The position numbers and the translations under genes were made by a program. Of a DNA stretch of 64,000 nt, positions 49,323-59,142 are shown piece by piece. Below the pieces are notes generated by a model. That model was given only the letters and a program-made list of their open reading frames with translations, was not told the origin of the DNA and did not search any database. The stretch is taken from NCBI GenBank assembly GCA_944325145.1, contig CALYDL010000003.1, positions 30,559 through 94,558 of the forward strand, read 5' to 3'. Source of the DNA: Candidatus Gastranaerophilales bacterium. GTDB lineage: Bacteria > Cyanobacteriota > Vampirovibrionia > Gastranaerophilales > Gastranaerophilaceae. Numbering within the stretch: position 1 is the first letter of the stretch; each line of letters begins with the position of its first letter.

Positions 49323-50105
49323 TTATTTGTATTCAACAACCAAAATTTCAGGCGGGCAATTAAACCTTAGGTGCAAAATGCTTGTGCCAAGGCCTTTTGT
49401 TGTATATGTAAAATTATCAACAAAGCCTTGGGCATATTTTTTCCCATATTTAGACGGCACAATAACGGGGCCAATAAATGGAATTCTAACCTGTCCCCCG
49501 TGGGTGTGGCCCGATAAAACAAGGTTTACTCTGCCTTTTGCTTTCGGTGTAATATCAGGCGAATGCGAAACTAAAATTATAGGCGGTTTTGTTCCTTTTA
49601 AGGCCTTATCAAGGTCATAAAAGGTTGTTTGCATATCAGAAATTCCTGCAATATAAATGGGGTTTCCATTGTGCATAATTTTTTCATTTTCATTTTCCAA
49701 AACTTTTATGCCGTTTTTTACAAGTGCTTGTTTTATATATTTATTATCCTTGTGGTAATCGTGGTTTCCCATAACGGAATATATGCCGTATTTTGCCTTC
49801 ATTTCAGAAATTTTTTTAGCAGCATAATCCATATCCATTGAAAATTTGGCATTGTGCATAATAACGTAATCGCCGCCAGAAATTATAACATCGGGGTTTT
49901 GTTCGTTCACCTTTTTGATAATTCTATCCAGTCTTGATTTTGCCTGTTTTGAAAGGTGAAAATCTGAAACAAAAACAATTTTCAAATCTTTAATTTCATC
50001 CGATTTTAAGGTTAATTTTTTAACCGTAATTAAATTTGGCTCTATTAAAAATCCGTAAATTGCTAATAATAAAATTATAGAAATTATAATTTGTTTTATT
50101 GTCAT
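49323..50105 (-). CDS. membrane-anchored metallophosphoesterase (calcineurin-like, YkuE/YaeI type)
   Basis: 260 aa. N-terminal TM, VSDFHL, GGDYV, GNHDY, SGHTHGGQ. Confidence 0.8.
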   Translation of the reverse strand: MTIKQIIISIILLLAIYGFLIEPNLITVKKLTLKSDEIKDLKIVFVSDFHLSKQAKSRLDRIIKKVNEQNPDVIISGGDYVIMHNAKFSMDMDYAAKKISEMKAKYGIYSVMGNHDYHKDNKYIKQALVKNGIKVLENENEKIMHNGNPIYIAGISDMQTTFYDLDKALKGTKPPIILVSHSPDITPKAKGRVNLVLSGHTHGGQVRIPFIGPVIVPSKYGKKYAQGFVDNFTYTTKGLGTSILHLRFNCPPEILVVEYK

Positions 50106-50186
50106 AAGTTAAGTTTACAATAAAATTTTGAAAATATCTTATTTTAAGGGTATACTTTTTATAAAATATTTTTTTGGAGTTTAAAA

Positions 50187-50744
50187 ATGCCTTTTGAATT
50201 TGAAAAAACTGAACTGGATGGTGTTATTTTAGTAAAACCAAAAGTTTTTGGCGATAACAGGGGCTTTTTTCTTGAAACATACAAGAAAAAAGATTTGATT
50301 TCAGCCGGAATAAACGAAGATTTTATTCAAGATAACCATTCAAAGTCAAGCTATGGCGTTTTAAGGGGGCTTCATTTTCAAAAAAACCCTAATGCTCAAG
50401 CTAAACTTGTTCGCTGCACAAAAGGCGAAATAATTGATGTTGCTGTGGATATAAGGGTTAATTCCCCCACGTTTTTAAAATGGACAAAAAGAAGGCTTAC
50501 AGAAGAAAACAAACATCAGCTCTTTATTCCAAAAGGCTTTGCCCATGGGTTTGTTGCTTTATCTGATGTTGTTGAAGTTATGTATAAAGTTTCAGGCGAA
50601 TATAGCCCAAAAGATGAAATGGGCATTTTGTGGTCTGATAAAGATATAAATGTTGATTGGGGCATAGATTTTGAACCAAATTTATCTGAAAAAGATAAAA
50701 ATGCAAAAACAATTAAAGAAATAAACAAAGAGGACTTATTATGA
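50187..50744 (+). CDS. rfbC: dTDP-4-dehydrorhamnose 3,5-epimerase
   Basis: 185 aa. FGDNRGFFLETY, RGLHFQ, LFIPKGFAHGF. Confidence 0.9.
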   Translation: MPFEFEKTELDGVILVKPKVFGDNRGFFLETYKKKDLISAGINEDFIQDNHSKSSYGVLRGLHFQKNPNAQAKLVRCTKGEIIDVAVDIRVNSPTFLKWTKRRLTEENKHQLFIPKGFAHGFVALSDVVEVMYKVSGEYSPKDEMGILWSDKDINVDWGIDFEPNLSEKDKNAKTIKEINKEDLL

Positions 50745-51565
50745 AAGTTTTAATAACAGGCGCAAAAGGAATGCTCGGGCAAGACCTTTGCCCAACATTG
50801 GAAGATTTAGGGTGTTTTTTAATTGAAACAGATATTGATAACCTAGACATTACAAAAAAAGAAGATGTTGAAGATTTTGTTTCAAAAGCACATCCTGATT
50901 TAATTATTCACCTTGCAGCCTACACAAATGTTGATAGGGCGGAAGAAGAGGAAGAAAAAGCAGAATTAATTAATGCAATTGGAACTGAAAATGTTGCGCT
51001 TGCTGCAAGCAAAATTGATGTTCCTCTTATCTACATTTCAACAGATTACGTTTTTGATGGGAGCAAAAATTCACCATATTTACCATCTGACAAGGTGAAC
51101 CCCATAAACGCTTATGGCAGAACAAAATTAAAGGGGGAAGAGCTTGTTCAAAAACATTGCAAAAAATATTACATTGCAAGAACAAGCTGGCTTTATGGTA
51201 TGTATGGCAAAAATTTTGTTGATACAATGCTTTCTTTAAAAGATAAAGAAGAATTAAAAGTTGTTGACGACCAATGGGGAACGCCAACTTGGACAATGGA
51301 TTTAGCGGGTGCTATTATGACATTGTTAAATAAGCCTTATGGAATTTACCACCTCTCCGGTGGCGGCAAACCAACCACTTGGTATAATTTTGCAAAAACA
51401 ATTTTTGAATTAAGCAATTTAAAAGTTAACCTTAAACCTTGCACAACAGAAGAATTTAAAAGGCCTGCAAACCGCCCGAAATATTCTGTTATGGATAACG
51501 GCAAAATGTTAAGGGATTGGAAACTTGCCTTAAAAGATTATTTAAGTTTAAAATTTGAAGATTAA
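50741..51565 (+). CDS. rfbD: dTDP-4-dehydrorhamnose reductase
   Basis: 274 aa. ITGAKGMLG, ISTDYVFDG, YGRTKLKGE. Overlaps rfbC by 4 nt. Confidence 0.9.
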   Translation: MKVLITGAKGMLGQDLCPTLEDLGCFLIETDIDNLDITKKEDVEDFVSKAHPDLIIHLAAYTNVDRAEEEEEKAELINAIGTENVALAASKIDVPLIYISTDYVFDGSKNSPYLPSDKVNPINAYGRTKLKGEELVQKHCKKYYIARTSWLYGMYGKNFVDTMLSLKDKEELKVVDDQWGTPTWTMDLAGAIMTLLNKPYGIYHLSGGGKPTTWYNFAKTIFELSNLKVNLKPCTTEEFKRPANRPKYSVMDNGKMLRDWKLALKDYLSLKFED

Positions 51566-51569
51566 AAAA

Positions 51570-51592
51570 AAGGGTTTAAAAGCCCTTTTTTT
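51570..51592. terminator. bidirectional terminator
   Basis: AAGGGTTTAAAAGCCCTT flanked by an A-run and a T-run, between convergent genes. Confidence 0.65.
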
Positions 51593-53231
51593 AATAAAGC
51601 CTGTTTTCTTGCGTATAAGAAACATTTGGGTGTTTTTTAAAATGTTCTTTAAATAAATCATGGATATTTATATTTAAAGGCTTTGAAGAAGCATACAGTT
51701 CTTTAATTTTTTCATTTGTTGTTTTTGTAAAATATTTTTCAACATTTGCTATTCTGTATTTTTTATTCGGGTCAATTTGTTCATTGGTATCTGCCAAAGT
51801 TATATATTGACACAATTCTTCGCCAAAAATTCCCCTGTCATAAGCTGCCATAAGCCCCGTTTTATCTATTTTTAACCCCGAATAATGAATAAGAGGGTTT
51901 TTTTCGGTATCAAGCCTATTAAATAAGAAATTATCCAAAACCATATAAGAAAGTTCTTTGCCTGAAACATCATTCACCACAACATTTGCAACTTTATGGT
52001 TAATGCCGATTAAGCAATTTGCAATTTCTATGGGGGATGTTTTTGGAGAATCTTTTGAAACTTTAAAGCCGCCTCTTATTGCACTTGCATTCAGTGCAAA
52101 AATTTGAACATCAGGGTCATATTCTTTAATTTCATCTCTTATAGAATCTAAAACAAAATTTGCCAAGTGGCTGTTTCTGTTTCTGATGTTATCTGTTGAA
52201 AGGCCGGTTAGCCCGTCTGCTTGAATTGAATATATAGGAATAACATCTTTTTCAAAAAGCGTTTTATAAAATTTGCCTAAATCTCCCTGTTGAATTGAAC
52301 CTTCATTTGGTCTTAATTCTTTAATTTTAATTTCTTTTTTATTGTTATCATCAACAACAATTTTAGCGTTTACCATTTTTTGAAAATTTTGAGAGAGCGC
52401 AACAATGGGGGTTCCATTTACATATCTTGTTTCATCTTTATGTTCATGGGCATCAAATATAAGGTCAACATCTGCTTCTCTTGCAATATCATCTGCCAAA
52501 TTAACCCCTGTATGGCAAGTTAAAACAACAATTCCGTTTGGGTTTTCACCCTTAAATTCTTCAATTCTTTTCTTAATTAATTCTCTTGTTTTTTGGGTTT
52601 GGTTTGAACTTACATATTTTTGCGGAAGCCTGCAATTTTCAATCAATTCAAGGCCATTGTGGTTATTTAAGTAAAATTCAAGATTGGTTGGCATTACCCC
52701 CAAATTTAAAACTGGATATTTTTTGTTTGGGTCTTTATCATCTTGAACAACGGTTATTTTTTCACTAACAACTCTTCCTTCATCAATTGCATCTTTTAAA
52801 AGGTAAGAATTTTTGAAATCTAAATTTGTTATAACAACATCTGCATCAATATTTTTCATCGCTTGGCCGAAAATTTCAATGCCGCCGTCTGTTTCGTGGT
52901 TCCCCGGAACAAAAATGCTTTTTGTCATCGGGTATTTTTCTTTAACTTTGCCTATAAATTTGTTCAGCATCTCCCCTTGAAATTTCATTAAGGGTTTGTT
53001 AGGGTCTGTTAAAAAGCCTGTTTTCCCGCCTGAAATGAACCAATCGCCCCCAATAATTAAAAAGTTTTGTTTCCCTTTTTCTTCTTTTTCAAAAACATCT
53101 TTTTCATTTTTCATTAAAGTTTGAAACCCTCTGTCAGCAAGTTCTAAATTGCCATGGGTATCAGACAGCGCATTTATATTAATTGTTGCGCCTCTAAAAT
53201 TTATTAAGTTTGAAGAAGGGTTAATTTTCAT
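51591..53231 (-). CDS. bifunctional metallophosphatase / 5'-nucleotidase family protein
   Basis: 546 aa. ALSDTHGN, GGDWF, PGNHE in the N-terminal half; C-terminal substrate-binding-like half. Confidence 0.7.
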   Translation of the reverse strand: MKINPSSNLINFRGATININALSDTHGNLELADRGFQTLMKNEKDVFEKEEKGKQNFLIIGGDWFISGGKTGFLTDPNKPLMKFQGEMLNKFIGKVKEKYPMTKSIFVPGNHETDGGIEIFGQAMKNIDADVVITNLDFKNSYLLKDAIDEGRVVSEKITVVQDDKDPNKKYPVLNLGVMPTNLEFYLNNHNGLELIENCRLPQKYVSSNQTQKTRELIKKRIEEFKGENPNGIVVLTCHTGVNLADDIAREADVDLIFDAHEHKDETRYVNGTPIVALSQNFQKMVNAKIVVDDNNKKEIKIKELRPNEGSIQQGDLGKFYKTLFEKDVIPIYSIQADGLTGLSTDNIRNRNSHLANFVLDSIRDEIKEYDPDVQIFALNASAIRGGFKVSKDSPKTSPIEIANCLIGINHKVANVVVNDVSGKELSYMVLDNFLFNRLDTEKNPLIHYSGLKIDKTGLMAAYDRGIFGEELCQYITLADTNEQIDPNKKYRIANVEKYFTKTTNEKIKELYASSKPLNINIHDLFKEHFKKHPNVSYTQENRLY

Positions 53232-53351
53232 ATATTTTTAAACCCCAAACAAATAAAAAGTTGTTATTAAAGGCATTAAATTTGCTTTCATTTACAAAAC
53301 AACATCTTTATAGTATATTTAACTTGTAAAAAGTTTTAAGGAGCTTATCTT

Positions 53352-54179
53352 ATGGGGATAATGGACGGTAAAAAAGGCATTATTTTTGGTGTTTCAAATA
53401 AATTTGGTATTGCAAACGCAATAGCCGAACAAATTTATAAAGAAGGCGGCGAAATTGCTTTCACATATGCAAACGAAGCAATGGAAAAAAGAGTTCGCCC
53501 GATTGCAGATTCAATGAATGCTAAACTTTGCTTAGAATGCGATGTTACAAAAGACGAAGATGTTAAAAAAGTTTTTGAAGAATATCAAAAAACATATGAT
53601 AGATTAGATTTTGTAATCCACGCCGTTGCGTTTGCAAATAAAGAAGATTTAATGGGCGATTTTTACACAACAACCCGTGAAGGCTGGGATTTAGCAATGC
53701 ATGTTAGTGCATATTCACTTCTTACAATGTCAAAATATGCTAAACCCCAAATGGAATTAACAGGCGGCGGCTCAATTTTAGCTTTAACATATTTGGGCTC
53801 AACAAAAGCCGTTGCAAACTATAACATTATGGGTGTTGCAAAAGCAGCTTTGGAATCTTCCATGAGATTTATTGCGGCAGATTTAGGCAAATTCAACATC
53901 AGATGCAACTGCTTATCGGCAGGCCCTGTTAAAACAATGGCTGCAAAAGGTATTGGCGGGTTTGACAGAATGTTAAAAGCAAATACTTTAAAAGCACCCC
54001 TAAAAAGAACACCATCTTTAGAAGATGTCGGTAAAGCAGGCTTATACTTAGCTTCAGATTTATCTTCAGGTGTAACAGGCGAAGTTCACTTTGTAGATTG
54101 CGGCGCACACAGCGTTTTTGCTTCATTAGATGAAATGGAACTTATGTGCCAAACACAAAAAGAAACAGCTAATGTTTAA
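53352..54179 (+). CDS. fabI: enoyl-[acyl-carrier-protein] reductase (NADH)
   Basis: 275 aa. GVSNKFGIANAIA, YNIMGVAKAALE, SAGPVKT. Confidence 0.9.
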   Translation: MGIMDGKKGIIFGVSNKFGIANAIAEQIYKEGGEIAFTYANEAMEKRVRPIADSMNAKLCLECDVTKDEDVKKVFEEYQKTYDRLDFVIHAVAFANKEDLMGDFYTTTREGWDLAMHVSAYSLLTMSKYAKPQMELTGGGSILALTYLGSTKAVANYNIMGVAKAALESSMRFIAADLGKFNIRCNCLSAGPVKTMAAKGIGGFDRMLKANTLKAPLKRTPSLEDVGKAGLYLASDLSSGVTGEVHFVDCGAHSVFASLDEMELMCQTQKETANV

Positions 54180-54334
54180 TTAAATAAATTTATTCTATTA
54201 AAATGCTCTGTTATTTAAGTGACAGGGCTTTTAATATTTTTAAAGCATCTTGTATTCAATTGTAAAAAAGTTTATAATATAGGTAGATAAACCTTTTTTG
54301 GCAATAGCTTGTTTGAAAGGCAATATATAAGTTT

Positions 54335-55933
54335 ATGAGTGAAGTTCAATTTCAAAATGACCTCACCAAATTAATTGAAATTTTACCTCCGAAAATTAAA
54401 AGAAATATTTATGACGGGCTTTTAGATGAAGCCATTGAAATTGTTCTTGATATTGGAAGACTTCCTGAAGTTAGAATCGGGAACGGGAAGATTGAATATT
54501 TAGGAACTGACACCGTTACATCAGATGACATTGATTATATAACATCAAAAATCCCCGAATTTACATCTGATAACCGTTCAGGCATTGCAGGCACACTGCA
54601 TAGAATAAGTGCCATAAGAAACAGGCAAGGGAAAATCATAGGCCTTACTTGCCGTATAGGGCGTGTTATTACAGGCACTATAACTTGCATTAAAGATTTT
54701 GTTATGCAAAATAAAAGCATTCTCTTTTTGGGGCGCCCCGGTGTTGGCAAAACAACAAAATTAAGGGAAATAAGCCGCCTTGTTGCAGATGAACTGGGCA
54801 AAAGAGTTGTTGTTGTAGATACATCAAATGAAATTGCAGGCGATGGCGATGTTGCGCACCCTGCAATAGGAAAAGCAAGAAGAATGCAAGTTCCGCAGCC
54901 TGAATTTCAAAAAGATATTATGATTGAAGCGGTTGAAAACCACACCCCTGAAGTTATAGTTGTAGATGAAATAGGAACGGAATTAGAGGTTGCTGCCGCA
55001 AGAACAATAGCAGAACGTGGTGTTATGTTAATTGCAACAGCCCATGGCAACACCTTGGATAACTTAATTAAAAACCCCGCTATGTCAGATTTAGTAGGCG
55101 GTGTAAGCTCTGTTACTTTGGGCGATGAAGAAGCAAAACACAGGGGCTGCCAAAAAACCGTGTTAGAAAGGGAAAAACAGCCCACATTTGACATTGTAAT
55201 TGAAATTATAGACAGAAACACTTTAGCCGTATATAAAGACACGGCAGAAGCTGTTGACTGCATTTTAAGGGGCTGGCCCGTTACGCCTGAAATTAGAAAA
55301 GTGGATGGCGTTTATAATGATAAAATTCCAACCAAAACAGAACTTGAAAAAACAATTGATAAGGTAAACGAGCTTGATAACAGGGCCCAAAACCCAATGA
55401 ATTTTTCATTCAACAGGCAAGCTTACATTAAAAAAGTTAAAAACCATAAAAAAGTTTATATATACGCAGTTTCAAGGTCTATTGTAAATAAAATAATAGA
55501 AAGGCTTGATATAGATGTTGAAATTGTAAGAAATGTAGAAGATGCAGACATTGTTATTGCTCATAAAAACTTTGCAAAAGGCGGGTGTAAAATTTTATCA
55601 ATAGCAAATGAATATAGATTGCCTGTTTATTTTGTTCGAACAAATACAATGTCGCAAATTCAAAAAGTTTTAAAAGATGCTCTGCATTTAGCCGAAAACC
55701 CTGATTTTAAAGAAGTTACGGTTAATTATAAAGATGAAACGGAACTTGCGCTTGATGAAGCAAAAGCTGCCATTGCAAAAGTTATGGAAGGGGCAGAAAC
55801 TGTTGAATTAGAGCCGCAGCCGCAGAATATAAGAAAATTGCAGCATGAACTTGCAGATTCATACAACCTGCAATCAAAAAGTGTTGGTGAAGGCGAAAAT
55901 CGAAGAATTCAAATTTCAAGAAACGATGATTAA
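54335..55933 (+). CDS. R3H-domain AAA ATPase, Ycf45 / SpoIIIAA-like
   Basis: 532 aa. Walker A GRPGVGKTT, VVDTSNEIAGDGDVAHPAIG, Walker B VIVVDEIG, C-terminal R3H (RKLQHELA). Confidence 0.8.
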   Translation: MSEVQFQNDLTKLIEILPPKIKRNIYDGLLDEAIEIVLDIGRLPEVRIGNGKIEYLGTDTVTSDDIDYITSKIPEFTSDNRSGIAGTLHRISAIRNRQGKIIGLTCRIGRVITGTITCIKDFVMQNKSILFLGRPGVGKTTKLREISRLVADELGKRVVVVDTSNEIAGDGDVAHPAIGKARRMQVPQPEFQKDIMIEAVENHTPEVIVVDEIGTELEVAAARTIAERGVMLIATAHGNTLDNLIKNPAMSDLVGGVSSVTLGDEEAKHRGCQKTVLEREKQPTFDIVIEIIDRNTLAVYKDTAEAVDCILRGWPVTPEIRKVDGVYNDKIPTKTELEKTIDKVNELDNRAQNPMNFSFNRQAYIKKVKNHKKVYIYAVSRSIVNKIIERLDIDVEIVRNVEDADIVIAHKNFAKGGCKILSIANEYRLPVYFVRTNTMSQIQKVLKDALHLAENPDFKEVTVNYKDETELALDEAKAAIAKVMEGAETVELEPQPQNIRKLQHELADSYNLQSKSVGEGENRRIQISRNDD

Positions 55934-57315
55934 ATTTGAATATTTTTTAATTCAACCAAAATGCCTTGTTTGATTTCAAGCGTGTCTGTTCCTAAATTTT
56001 CCAAAATTTTCATTGCAACACAATCGGTTAATTTTGTAATTGCATACAAAATGTGTTCAGACATAATTTTTTCTTTGCCGTGGTTTTTTGCAACTTCATA
56101 AGCAATTTCTAAAAGGTTTTTTCCTTTTTTGGTATATTTCATTGAAGCTTCACTGCCTTCTTCAACGTCATCTCCTATTAAATTAAGCGCTTCACGCCTT
56201 GCATCTTTTAGGGTTATTCCCAATTTATCCAAAACTTCCGCAGCAACGCCATTTTTATAAGCCAAAATGCCAAGTAAAATCATTTCTGTTCCGATTGTTG
56301 TTTTGTTTAAGTTTTTGGCTTCTGCTTTAGCGAGCCTTAAAATAGCAAGGGTTTCAGGCATGGTTTTTGCGCCTGTGTTTAATTCTTTTGTTAATTGGTC
56401 AATAAAATCTGTTTTATAGCCTGTTAATTCTTTTATAATTTTATAAGCAATGCCTGTTTTTGCCTTTAAAACACCCATAATAATGTGTTCGGGCTTAATT
56501 TCAACGCTGCCCATTTCTTTTGCCGCTTCAACGGCATTTAACATTACTCTAAAGGCGTTTGGCGTGAATATAATTTGCCTTTCGCCATATTCTTCCTCTC
56601 TGTTTGAAAAATTCTTTAATTTTTCATCAAAAGATTCTTTTGTAATGCCATATTTGGCTAAAATTTTTGTAATGTCGGTTTCTTCATCCAAAACAGATTC
56701 AATAATTTGTTCCGTTCCTAAAATTTCATAACCGTATGTAGATAATTTTGCTTTAGCGGAACTTAAAAGCTTTGATAAATTATTTTCCGTAAAAATGGTA
56801 TCAACTTTTTTAAAGAAATTATCTTGTTTTAAGGTTTTGTCATCTTCTTCGGGGTGTTTAAACTGTTTCTTTTTCTTTTTCTTGCTCAATAACCCTTGAA
56901 TATTTGAAATAGCTTTTTCTTCATCAAAATTAAATTCTTTTAAAATTTCATAAGCACCTGAATTTTTTGAATTAAAAATTGCAAGGGCGATATAATAAGG
57001 AATTACAAGAGAGTTATTATAAAGCCTTGAAATTTCCATTGTTTTTTCTAAAATTTCTCTTGCGCTTGTTGAAAAAGGAATAAATTCACCGTTTTTCGGT
57101 TCTTTTTTAAGCTCAATTTTGTTGTCTATTTTTTGTTTTAATTCATCAATGTTGATTTCATTCAACCCTAAAAGCCTTCCTTGCACGCCTTTCAAGGAAT
57201 TTACAAGGCCTATTAAAAAATGTTCCGAATAAACTTTATCTGCACCGGAATTTCCCGCTTCAATTTGAGCGTTAACAACAATATCCAAAGCTTTCTGGGT
57301 GAATTTCTCAAACAT
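55930..57315 (-). CDS. Clp N-terminal (Clp_N / R-domain) repeat protein without an ATPase module
   Basis: 461 aa. Three Clp_N-like repeat regions (FTQKALDIVVNAQIEA..EHFLIGLV; FTPNAFRVMLNAVEAA..EHIIMGVL; TMPETLAILRLAKAEA..EMILLGIL). No Walker motifs. Confidence 0.7.
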   Translation of the reverse strand: MFEKFTQKALDIVVNAQIEAGNSGADKVYSEHFLIGLVNSLKGVQGRLLGLNEINIDELKQKIDNKIELKKEPKNGEFIPFSTSAREILEKTMEISRLYNNSLVIPYYIALAIFNSKNSGAYEILKEFNFDEEKAISNIQGLLSKKKKKKQFKHPEEDDKTLKQDNFFKKVDTIFTENNLSKLLSSAKAKLSTYGYEILGTEQIIESVLDEETDITKILAKYGITKESFDEKLKNFSNREEEYGERQIIFTPNAFRVMLNAVEAAKEMGSVEIKPEHIIMGVLKAKTGIAYKIIKELTGYKTDFIDQLTKELNTGAKTMPETLAILRLAKAEAKNLNKTTIGTEMILLGILAYKNGVAAEVLDKLGITLKDARREALNLIGDDVEEGSEASMKYTKKGKNLLEIAYEVAKNHGKEKIMSEHILYAITKLTDCVAMKILENLGTDTLEIKQGILVELKNIQI

Positions 57316-57420
57316 TTTGCTTAATTTTACTACAAAATCAATTAAAAGTATAGCTAATAAATTGTAAAATGCGCCCTAATAATGTAAAATAAAAATGGCT
57401 AGGTTGTTAAGAAGATTGAT

Positions 57421-59142
57421 ATGAAAGAAAAAATTTATCCCGTCTACACACTTTCAAATAAGTGCCATGATTGCTACAAGTGTGTTAGAGAATGTTTTGT
57501 TAAGTCGATTGAAGTTATTGATTCTCAGGCAAAAATCATAAAAGATAAATGTATTGCTTGCGGCCATTGCGTTCGGGTTTGCCCATCAAGCGCAAAAAGA
57601 ATCAGATATGATATAGATAAGGTTAAATCTCTTTTAATTTCAGGCAAAAAAGTTATAGTTTCTCTTGCGCCTTCTTGGGCAGGCGTTTATGACTATTCTC
57701 AGCCTGTTATGATTTCTCTTTTAAAAACTTTAGGGTTCTATGGAGTCAGCGAAACTGCCTTGGGGGCGGAATCTGTTTCTATTGAAACAACAAAAACTTT
57801 AAATGAAATGGAAAAAGGGCTTTTAATTTCATCTTGCTGCCCTGTTGTTGTGGATTATATCAGAAATTATAAACCTGAATTTACAAAATATATTGCAAAA
57901 ATCGCATCTCCTGCCTTAACCCATGCAAAATATTTAAAAGATTTTTATAAAGATGAAGATATAAGAGTTGTTTTCATTGGCCCTTGTATCGCAAAGAAAA
58001 ACGAAGCAGACAGAAACCCCGATTTAATCTATGCTTCTTTAACTTTTGATGAACTAAACTATTGGATTAAAGATTCAAGCATTGATATTAATTCAATTGA
58101 ACCGACAAAAGAAGATGTTTTCATTCCAAAACTTGCCCACGAAGGCGGTTTATACCCAATTGAAGGCGGCATGAATGAAACAATTAAAATGGATAAAATT
58201 AAAAAAGATGTTCGCTTAATAAGCTTATCTTCCCTTCCTGCTCTAAAAAGGGCTCTGCAAAATTTAAAAGCGGAAAACATTGAAGGCAAAATATTTTTAG
58301 AAGCGCTTGCTTGCGAAGGCGGCTGCGTGAATGGGCCTGCCGTACCAACTAAAAAATCAGGGTTAATTGTTAATTCAAACATTTTATCTAAAGTGAAAAA
58401 AAGAAGCGATATTCCAAAAACCCCTGATACTGTTTTAGAAATGGAATATGAGCCGGTTCCAAAATCTGATAAGAAAATATCTTTAATTGATATGTCAGAT
58501 GCAATGAAATCAATAGGCAAAACCTCTGATGAAGACGAACTAAATTGCGGCGGCTGCGGATATTCAACCTGCAGAGAACTTGCAGCTGCAATTTTGGATA
58601 AAAAAGCAGAACCTTCTATGTGCGTTTCTTATATGAGAAAATTAGCCATGAAAAAAACGGCAATGCTTTTAAGAACAATGCCATCTGCTATGGTTATGGT
58701 AAATAGCAAGCTTGAAATTATGGAAACAAACGATGCTTTCATTAAAATGTTTGCACCTGATATGTATGACATTTTCTCAAAACGCCCCGATGGCATGAAG
58801 GGTGCTTTATTGGATAGAATTTTACCTTTCTATTCTTTGTTTGAAACGGCTTTAATGAAAAATACGGAAATTCACAAAGAAAGATATCAAATTAAAGATA
58901 AATTATATGATATAAATGTTTTTGTTATAGAAGAAAATACCCTGACAGGCGCCATTATAACAGATGTTACAACATCTGAAATAAACAGAGAAAAAGTGGC
59001 AAGAAAAGCAAGAGAAGTTATAAATAAAAATATAGAAACCGTTCAAAATATAGCAAGCTTATTAGGGGAACATATGGTTGATGTTGAAACCCTTTTAAGC
59101 TCAATTGCAGAAGATTATTCAAGCGAGGATGATAACAAATAA
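57421..59142 (+). CDS. hydS: sensory [FeFe]-hydrogenase-like protein (group C, HydS/HfsB type) with C-terminal PAS-like domain
   Basis: 573 aa. 2x CxxCxxCxxxC ferredoxin motifs. Altered H-cluster motifs SSCCPVV, GPCIAKKNE, ACEGGCVNGP. Extra CGGCGYSTC. Confidence 0.8.
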   Translation: MKEKIYPVYTLSNKCHDCYKCVRECFVKSIEVIDSQAKIIKDKCIACGHCVRVCPSSAKRIRYDIDKVKSLLISGKKVIVSLAPSWAGVYDYSQPVMISLLKTLGFYGVSETALGAESVSIETTKTLNEMEKGLLISSCCPVVVDYIRNYKPEFTKYIAKIASPALTHAKYLKDFYKDEDIRVVFIGPCIAKKNEADRNPDLIYASLTFDELNYWIKDSSIDINSIEPTKEDVFIPKLAHEGGLYPIEGGMNETIKMDKIKKDVRLISLSSLPALKRALQNLKAENIEGKIFLEALACEGGCVNGPAVPTKKSGLIVNSNILSKVKKRSDIPKTPDTVLEMEYEPVPKSDKKISLIDMSDAMKSIGKTSDEDELNCGGCGYSTCRELAAAILDKKAEPSMCVSYMRKLAMKKTAMLLRTMPSAMVMVNSKLEIMETNDAFIKMFAPDMYDIFSKRPDGMKGALLDRILPFYSLFETALMKNTEIHKERYQIKDKLYDINVFVIEENTLTGAIITDVTTSEINREKVARKAREVINKNIETVQNIASLLGEHMVDVETLLSSIAEDYSSEDDNK

